Below, piece after piece: positions 59,353-64,000 of a stretch of 64,000 bases of DNA. The notes under the pieces were generated by a model that made no database searches, was not told the origin of the DNA, and worked only from the letters and a program-made list of their open reading frames with translations. The position numbers were made by a program, and so were the translations under genes. Positions within the stretch are counted from its first letter, which is position 1, and each line of letters begins with the position of its first letter. This stretch comes from Armatimonadota bacterium (lineage in GTDB: Bacteria; Armatimonadota; HRBIN16), in NCBI GenBank assembly GCA_963677485.1, contig OY781964.1, positions 940,391 through 1,004,390 on the forward strand, read 5' to 3'.

Positions 59353-61334
59353 AATGGCTCCTTACTATATTGGATGTCGCGAATCCGATGTCCCTGCGTA
59401 TCACAGATCCTCAAAAAGCAGCCCAAATGGGCAGATGATCTTGCGGTCGGTTCGAAATGATACACCAGCATCAGTTCGTTCGCTCCCACCTTCAGTTTTC
59501 CTTGCATATTACTGATGAGCTGACCGTTGAGCAGCACCCGCTTGACCGTGCCAGGGAAGCCGGATATCTTCACCTCACGACGAACAGGGCTGGTGACCGT
59601 ACCGCGCAGGATGTAGATACCGCTGCTCAGATTACGCCATGTGCCTGATGTGATTATCACCTCAGGGTGCACCCACTGAGGGTCTACTCGTAAATCGGTC
59701 GAGCGGTTCTCCCAAGGTACGCCCATAGCGTTCGACATGGCATCCGCCGTTTTGCATTGCTCGAAGAGGCGGAAATCGAACTGGTCTGGCGCAAATGGGC
59801 CCATCACCTGGAACCGTCCGGTTGGCAGCGAGCTGTCCTCGATGGGTTCCGTGCGGCAGGTGACATATAGGCGTGAGGGCACATCGCCCCACATGAACTC
59901 CAACTGCACCGCATAGAAGGCCTCTCCGAAGCTGTCTGCCGGATCGCGCTGAGGGTCGTTTGATAATGGCAGCCTCTGCCGACACTGCCTCTCCAGACCC
60001 AGGTCGGGTAGTGACCTTGCGATCACACCCTGTGGATGCATCAACGGCAGGCGGTATTGCGCGCGCAGATTGCTGACGGGATAGGCCGACTGGTTTATGA
60101 TTTGCAGCTGCAGCTGACCGTCAGACCGATAGAGAATGGCATGCAGCCCAGGGAAGTCGGGGTCATCCACCCGATACCGTATGTCAGTGTCATTGGCGTC
60201 GTTATGAATGGCTCCGATGAGCTGAGGCATCCGGTGTTCATCCGAATGGGGAACATTGAGGATATTGCCGTGACGCTGCACATCCGCACCGGTGATCGCC
60301 GTCAACTGCGAAGGATCGACTCCCTCAAGCAGCAAAGACAGCGGGATGGGATCATTCAACCAGCTCATGCTCGGGCGGGTGATGCTGAGCTTCACGGTAG
60401 CGCCTTCTCGCTTGATTCTCAGCTTGCTGTGCTCGCTCTGCTGCCAGTAGGCAGCGAACTCATTCTGGTTACAGTGCCAGGCGTCGGGCACCGCCTGCAG
60501 GTCGTCAAGGCGTTTCTCCAGCACGTCCCACCCAAACGGCAGCATGGAGGTTCCATACCATGAGTGCATCGAGTTACTGACCGCATTTCTCCGGGCGATG
60601 CGGTGGGCGTCTGTGAGTGCCCAGTCGAGGCTATATCTCCACTGATCATATGGGCTGTTTTCAGGCGCCAGAATGGTGCTGAAAGCCAGATCGGAAGCCA
60701 CACGGTCTGCATGACCCGCAAACTCCGCAATCCCCTGGTAGCCCGCGCGCTGGAGGCATCGCAGCGTGTCAGCGTGAACGGCATCGCCCTCTACGTCATT
60801 ACGGATGTCGACATAACTGTAGGTATAGCTGTTGATGGCGGTGTTGAGGCGGGCCTCCCACTCAATGCGCACCTCCAGCATCTCCTCAAACATCCGGTTT
60901 CGGTTGAGATAGGTGATGTATGGATGGGTCATGCTGTGACCACCGATACTCTGTCCGTCGCCAAGAAGCTGTAAAGCCTGGAGGGTGTAGTCATCATCGC
61001 GATGCAAATCGGACTGCCAGTTGGAGTTCAGGTAGTATGTGCCCTTAATCCCTCGCTGAGCCATTAGCTTATGCGCTGTGGTGGTCTGGTCGTTGGCGTC
61101 ATCCCAGCGGCATGTGATCGCCACATCATGCCCGTCATACACCGGTGCGATTCGCAGACGGGCTTGCTTCGCAGATTGCTCTGAAGAGAACTTCAATTCG
61201 ATCTGCTGTTTGTACATGGGAATGGGGGTTTCTCTGAATGCACCTGTCATGTCGGGTATGGCCTCCGTAGTGATCACCGCTGTCGTAAGCAGGCTGCAGA
61301 ACAGCGCAAGGTTTTGCGGGCACCGGATTTTCAT
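59349..61334 (-). CDS. Secreted polysaccharide deacetylase (CE4 / NodB homology domain) with large C-terminal extension
   Basis: Signal peptide MKIRCPQNLALFCSLLTTAVITTEA; NodB motifs ITCRWDDAN (TFDDG-like) and HSMTHP (H-x4-H metal site); 661 aa. Confidence 0.6.
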   Translation of the reverse strand: MKIRCPQNLALFCSLLTTAVITTEAIPDMTGAFRETPIPMYKQQIELKFSSEQSAKQARLRIAPVYDGHDVAITCRWDDANDQTTTAHKLMAQRGIKGTYYLNSNWQSDLHRDDDYTLQALQLLGDGQSIGGHSMTHPYITYLNRNRMFEEMLEVRIEWEARLNTAINSYTYSYVDIRNDVEGDAVHADTLRCLQRAGYQGIAEFAGHADRVASDLAFSTILAPENSPYDQWRYSLDWALTDAHRIARRNAVSNSMHSWYGTSMLPFGWDVLEKRLDDLQAVPDAWHCNQNEFAAYWQQSEHSKLRIKREGATVKLSITRPSMSWLNDPIPLSLLLEGVDPSQLTAITGADVQRHGNILNVPHSDEHRMPQLIGAIHNDANDTDIRYRVDDPDFPGLHAILYRSDGQLQLQIINQSAYPVSNLRAQYRLPLMHPQGVIARSLPDLGLERQCRQRLPLSNDPQRDPADSFGEAFYAVQLEFMWGDVPSRLYVTCRTEPIEDSSLPTGRFQVMGPFAPDQFDFRLFEQCKTADAMSNAMGVPWENRSTDLRVDPQWVHPEVIITSGTWRNLSSGIYILRGTVTSPVRREVKISGFPGTVKRVLLNGQLISNMQGKLKVGANELMLVYHFEPTARSSAHLGCFLRICDTQGHRIRDIQYSKEPL

Positions 61335-61445
61335 CGTTGTATCCTCGAACAGAGTGTTCTATACATATCCTATCATTGGAACATATGTTATCATGAAGAA
61401 TACATGTTTTCCAGGCTTTACTAGAATACAGTATTTCGGCTCTCA

Positions 61446-63647
61446 TTGGAGGCCCTTCCCATGATGATCAGCTTGACTTTGGTATTCATATTACTGCTGC
61501 TAATCGGAACCAACCTGGCATACTGTCACCCTACGGCTGTACCTGAGCTCATCCGGCGTCCGTTTCTAGACAAGCTTGGGGAACCGCCTGCTGGCACCCC
61601 TCCGCTGGAGATGGGACAGGCCTATGTGATGTTCGATCTATATACCGCCATGGTCGCCAACGCGCCAACCCCTGCTCAGGATGACATTCAGGCGGCGGCG
61701 TTTCTCCTCTTCAAATACACCCAGAAGTGGCCGGATGCGATCAGCGGCGTACGGGCCAGTTACATGGTGCAGAAGCTGAATGAACACCTGCTGCAGGAGT
61801 ATCTTCATCTGCATGTGATCTGGACAGACCAGGGGCCACAATGGCAAGATGGACACCTGCATGCACTGGCCCTCAGCAAGGGGTTGACCAGGCATATCAT
61901 GCTGGTAGTGGAAAACCGAAGCCGCGACAGCATTCAGATACAGCCTAAACTGGCGGGTGTGGCACCCATCAACGTTGCAGACGGCTGGTCAGCACAAAAT
62001 GGCGGGCAGTTTCGGTTCTTGCTGCCTGTGACCGCCACGGAGCTATCTGCGAAGAAGCTGCCGCTTGAGTTGAACAAGCTCAACGATGCTAAAGCGGAGC
62101 ACATGCTTGATGTGCCCGTGCAGGTCACGGAGCCGGCCATATTGAAAGGCATCACCATCGAATCGCGCAGCCGCAAGCCGTTCCCCGCACGGGTATATGC
62201 GCTGGGCAGCGACGCGGTGTTCCGGGCAGGCGAGGCTTACAAAGATGTCGACACCGTCAGCGAAAAGCAGCAGCTCGAATACATGATGAATTTCTGGAAA
62301 ACCTACCGGCTGCCCTTCTTCTACGCCGATGGCCATTTCGAGGTGCTGCTTCCCGCCGGGGAGGCGGTCATCACCATGGAGCGCGGCTTCGAGAGCATGC
62401 CGGTCAGCCGAAAGATCACACTAAAGCCAGGGGAGGTACACGAAATCACTCTGGCGGGTGATGAGCTGATCGACCTCAAGAAAATGGGCTGGTATGGCGG
62501 TGACACCCATGTTCACTGGGCCAAGAACTACTGGAGCGAGAACGAGGACATGGAGCTGTTGAAGCTGGTGCAGCGTGCCGAGAGCTTGAGGGTTGTGAAC
62601 AACCTGACGCTATACCAATACCGCACAGAAAAAGACGGTGGACCTTTCACGAAACCTGACCAGCACCCGATCGGGCCGGTGCCGGGATGCGCCTCTGGCG
62701 ACTTCATCACATGGATGGCGGAGGAGTATCGCAACGACAGCCAGTATGGCCATGTGAATATGTTGAACGTCAAGAAGCTGATCCTGCCAATCGCCACAGG
62801 GAAGGGATCTGGAGGTCCTGAGGGTACCCCTGACTGGCCGTTGAACAAGTCCGTGCTCGAAGAATGCCATCGGCAGGGGGGGATCAACATCGATGCGCAT
62901 GGTCTGGGGCCTATGGGCTTTAACGACATCCCTGCCAATGTGATCATGGGGCTAACCGATGCGCTTGACCAGATCGAGCCGGAGGACTACTACCACTTCT
63001 TGAACAGCGGAATACGGATCGGGCTGGGCAATGGAAGCGACCACCCCGCGCGGGTAGCAGGCTCACTGCGCTGTTACGTGAAGGTGGATGGCCGACTCAG
63101 CTACCAGAAGTGGGTCGATAGCTTGAAAGCAGGCCGAAGCTTTGCCACCTCCGGGCCGCTGTTGTTCCTGACCGTGAACGGCAAAGAGCCAGGACAGGTG
63201 CTCGACGTCAAGCCAGGGCAGAAGCTGAACCTCACCGCCAGGGCCATCTCGCGGTTCCGCGTAGGCTCACTGCAGATCATCCGCAACGGCCGCGTGCTGG
63301 CGGAGAAGGCGATCAAAACCAACCGCGGAGAGTTGTCGCTGGTGGTGCCTGTGGAGGGCAGTGCCTGGTTCGCAGCCCGCTGCAGTGACACTCCGGGAAC
63401 ATGGTTCATGCTGAACAGTTACAACATCGCTCACACTAGCGCGGTCTATACACCAGTTGATAAGGAGCCCGTGCTTCAAGTGCAAGCGATTGAGCACTGG
63501 ATCGAGTATCTCAATCTGCACATTGAGCGGATCCGTTCGCAGGCTGTCTATAAGGAGGCCTGGCAGCGTGAAGAACAGGTCGCCTATCTAAAGCAGGCCC
63601 TTCGCCGTTACGAAGAACTTATACCATTGGCGCAGAAGTCCAAATAG
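61446..63647 (+). CDS. Secreted PHP-type (CehA/McbA-like) metallohydrolase family protein
   Basis: Signal peptide MMISLTLVFILLLLIGTNLAYC; GWYGGDTHVHW motif (PHP His cluster), additional His/Asp blocks DAHGLGP, GNGSDHP. Confidence 0.5.
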   Translation: MEALPMMISLTLVFILLLLIGTNLAYCHPTAVPELIRRPFLDKLGEPPAGTPPLEMGQAYVMFDLYTAMVANAPTPAQDDIQAAAFLLFKYTQKWPDAISGVRASYMVQKLNEHLLQEYLHLHVIWTDQGPQWQDGHLHALALSKGLTRHIMLVVENRSRDSIQIQPKLAGVAPINVADGWSAQNGGQFRFLLPVTATELSAKKLPLELNKLNDAKAEHMLDVPVQVTEPAILKGITIESRSRKPFPARVYALGSDAVFRAGEAYKDVDTVSEKQQLEYMMNFWKTYRLPFFYADGHFEVLLPAGEAVITMERGFESMPVSRKITLKPGEVHEITLAGDELIDLKKMGWYGGDTHVHWAKNYWSENEDMELLKLVQRAESLRVVNNLTLYQYRTEKDGGPFTKPDQHPIGPVPGCASGDFITWMAEEYRNDSQYGHVNMLNVKKLILPIATGKGSGGPEGTPDWPLNKSVLEECHRQGGINIDAHGLGPMGFNDIPANVIMGLTDALDQIEPEDYYHFLNSGIRIGLGNGSDHPARVAGSLRCYVKVDGRLSYQKWVDSLKAGRSFATSGPLLFLTVNGKEPGQVLDVKPGQKLNLTARAISRFRVGSLQIIRNGRVLAEKAIKTNRGELSLVVPVEGSAWFAARCSDTPGTWFMLNSYNIAHTSAVYTPVDKEPVLQVQAIEHWIEYLNLHIERIRSQAVYKEAWQREEQVAYLKQALRRYEELIPLAQKSK

Positions 63648-63658
63648 AGGATGACATA

Positions 63659-64000
63659 ATGGAACCAAACATCAATCGAAGAGGATTCTTGAAGGTAGCC
63701 GCGGCCACTGCCGTGACGGCAACACTTGTTAAGGAGGCACAACCTGTGCAGGCAGCATCCAAAAAGGTGACGAAAACCACAGACCCTAAACGGCTTCAGA
63801 CCATTTTGATGGACTACCTGGCCGATATCGAGATCATCGACTCCCATGAGCATCTGGCCACAGAGGGGGCCAGGATCGGCATGCCCGTGGATGCACTGAC
63901 CCTGGTGGGCATGTATAACTACGTCGATATCCAAAACAGCGGGATGCCGCATATCGATGGCGAGGGGCTGTGGTCACGCAACTACATGGTGGATTTCAGC
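63659..64000 (+). CDS. Tat-signal amidohydrolase-family protein, 5' portion (runs off window end)
   Basis: Twin-arginine signal NRRGFLKVAAATAVTA; metal-binding IDSHEHL (HxH of amidohydrolase fold); no stop before window end. Confidence 0.55.
   Translation, partial: MEPNINRRGFLKVAAATAVTATLVKEAQPVQAASKKVTKTTDPKRLQTILMDYLADIEIIDSHEHLATEGARIGMPVDALTLVGMYNYVDIQNSGMPHIDGEGLWSRNYMVDFS

Overview
This is a 64 kb chromosomal segment from a GC-rich bacterium (about 55-60% GC), densely coding on both strands. Conserved housekeeping operons are readable directly from the translations:
- a partial parvulin-type PPIase, a SPOR-domain protein, ftsH and tilS (minus strand)
- a nucleotidyltransferase and an MTAP-like phosphorylase
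- gap-pgk-tpiA, with a sigma70-like promoter and intrinsic terminators
- nnr
- nusA-ylxR-infB-rbfA-nrnA-truB-ribF
- thiD-thiC-thiM-thiE (minus strand), preceded by a clear TPP riboswitch
- pgi and dedA
- proA-nadD-LCP-rsfS
- a sugar ABC importer (binding protein plus two permeases) and an MsbA-like ABC exporter
- tRNA-Leu(CAG) on the minus strand

Between these blocks sit accessory loci dominated by secreted proteins:
- a PHP(CehA-like)/beta-helix/dockerin protein
- two tandem 441-aa SGNH-hydrolase paralogs
- a 930-aa secreted putative glycoside hydrolase next to the tRNA
- three paralogous PEP-CTERM proteins sharing an LFAVDIG domain, interrupted by an ankyrin-repeat membrane protein
- a flotillin, a CE4 deacetylase, a second CehA-like hydrolase and a Tat-exported amidohydrolase

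Two membrane proteins carrying FHA domains and CPFCGK zinc-ribbon motifs are translationally coupled to nnr.

Several families of structured intergenic repeats are present:
- a two-copy element of about 170 nt with terminal inverted repeats
- REP-like hairpins
- a tandem 206-bp repeat
- a perfect 30-bp inverted repeat
- a 240-nt nested palindrome

No transposase, integrase, CRISPR array or rRNA was seen.
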